Part shown: positions 63,351-64,000 of the stretch, one piece after another
Layout of the letters: each line of letters begins with the position of its first letter
Position numbering within the stretch: the stretch's first letter is position 1
Assembly (NCBI GenBank): GCA_963720565.1
Contig: CAVRFW010000003.1
Span: 106,547-170,546, forward strand
Origin: Candidatus Bathyarchaeota archaeon
GTDB lineage: Archaea > Thermoproteota > Bathyarchaeia > Bathyarchaeales > Bathycorpusculaceae
DNA length: 64,000 bases
Reading direction: 5' to 3'
Position numbers and translations under genes: made by a program
The notes under the pieces: model-generated
What the model saw: the letters and a program-made list of their open reading frames with translations, nothing else
What the model was told of the DNA's origin: nothing
Databases searched by the model: none

Positions 63351-64000
63351 TTGCTGAAAACCAAAATGCGTTAAAACATCATATTTCCATTAAAAACTGA
63401 TATGAAAATACTCTAAAAGAGCCGTAGAATGCCCAGTCATATGCGCTTGCTTCTTTCTCATACTATTTTCTTACTTAGGGCAAAACTAAACTTTGGCGTA
63501 TCGATGGATAGCTTTGGTCCTTACATACTATTCCAGTCTCAATTGAGACAATAATCATGGAAATTAGGCTAATTCAACATTGATCAGGTCTTAGTCCTTA
63601 GAAGCTGATGACCCTTGACCGAGCTAAAAATGGATAAAATACCGTTATCCAATCATCACTGCAGAAAGCGCGCTAGGTTGTGCTACTAGTTTATGAGTGA
63701 GGAGGAGACTTGGTAATGCATGTAGAACACATGGACAATGAACTAGAACGTTTGAGAGCCAAATCGTTCCTTCAACACGGTCGAACTCCTATGAGGCTGA
63801 AGGGTCAGCCGGTTTACCGTAGCCGTATATGAACCTTCTGAAGTGTTGACGAACAAGCATTTTCAAGATTTTGATTTACGTGAGTTTGAGAGGTTTTACC
63901 TTCCGGAGAGTATGAGACCTTTCGCGGATTTTGTTCCAACGGGGACGAAAGCGTTTGTTGCCGATGATAACAGGGGAGCAGTTTCCCCTTCGCCGGTTAT

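Larger units (their letters stand above)
61240..64000. mobile_element. Probable left part of an element integrated at tRNA-Arg
   Basis: ORF reading antisense into the tRNA 3' half, visibly AT-richer sequence, small orphan genes, repeated sites. Confidence 0.6.

Noticed and set aside
63700..64000. Possible gene at the window end
   Set aside because: A frame is open from about 63802 to the edge, but the start is unclear and no motif is recognisable.

Overview
Archaeal chromosomal segment, most likely Bathyarchaeia (inferred from gene repertoire: PolB1, AglB, CarS, PQQ-like beta-propeller surface protein, intron-containing tRNAs). In order: the end of the spc ribosomal operon (uL18-uS5-uL30-[insert]-uL15-secY-EMC3-cmk); a cobamide salvage region with two cobS-cobY pairs enclosing an ether-lipid/glycosylation island (epimerase-UbiA-tetraether synthase-like radical SAM, glycosyltransferases); housekeeping and repair genes (thyA, sua5, thermosome, nth, xpd, clp1, radB, carS, topA, aglB, polB1, mtaB); a complete NHEJ operon (LigD-Pol, Ku, Lig-PE fusion, DUF72); and two intron-containing tRNAs. 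After tRNA-Arg lies what appears to be the left end of an integrated element, in which small genes are separated by a repeated 28-bp Xer/dif-like site. The best candidates for undescribed systems are this cassette-like array, the Tes/UbiA lipid operon, a possible CblT/CblS-like lower-ligand salvage module, and a riboswitch-like leader upstream of queT. Many genes, including essential ones, carry single-base frameshifts that are probably assembly errors. All family calls are by-eye motif recognition, not database searches.
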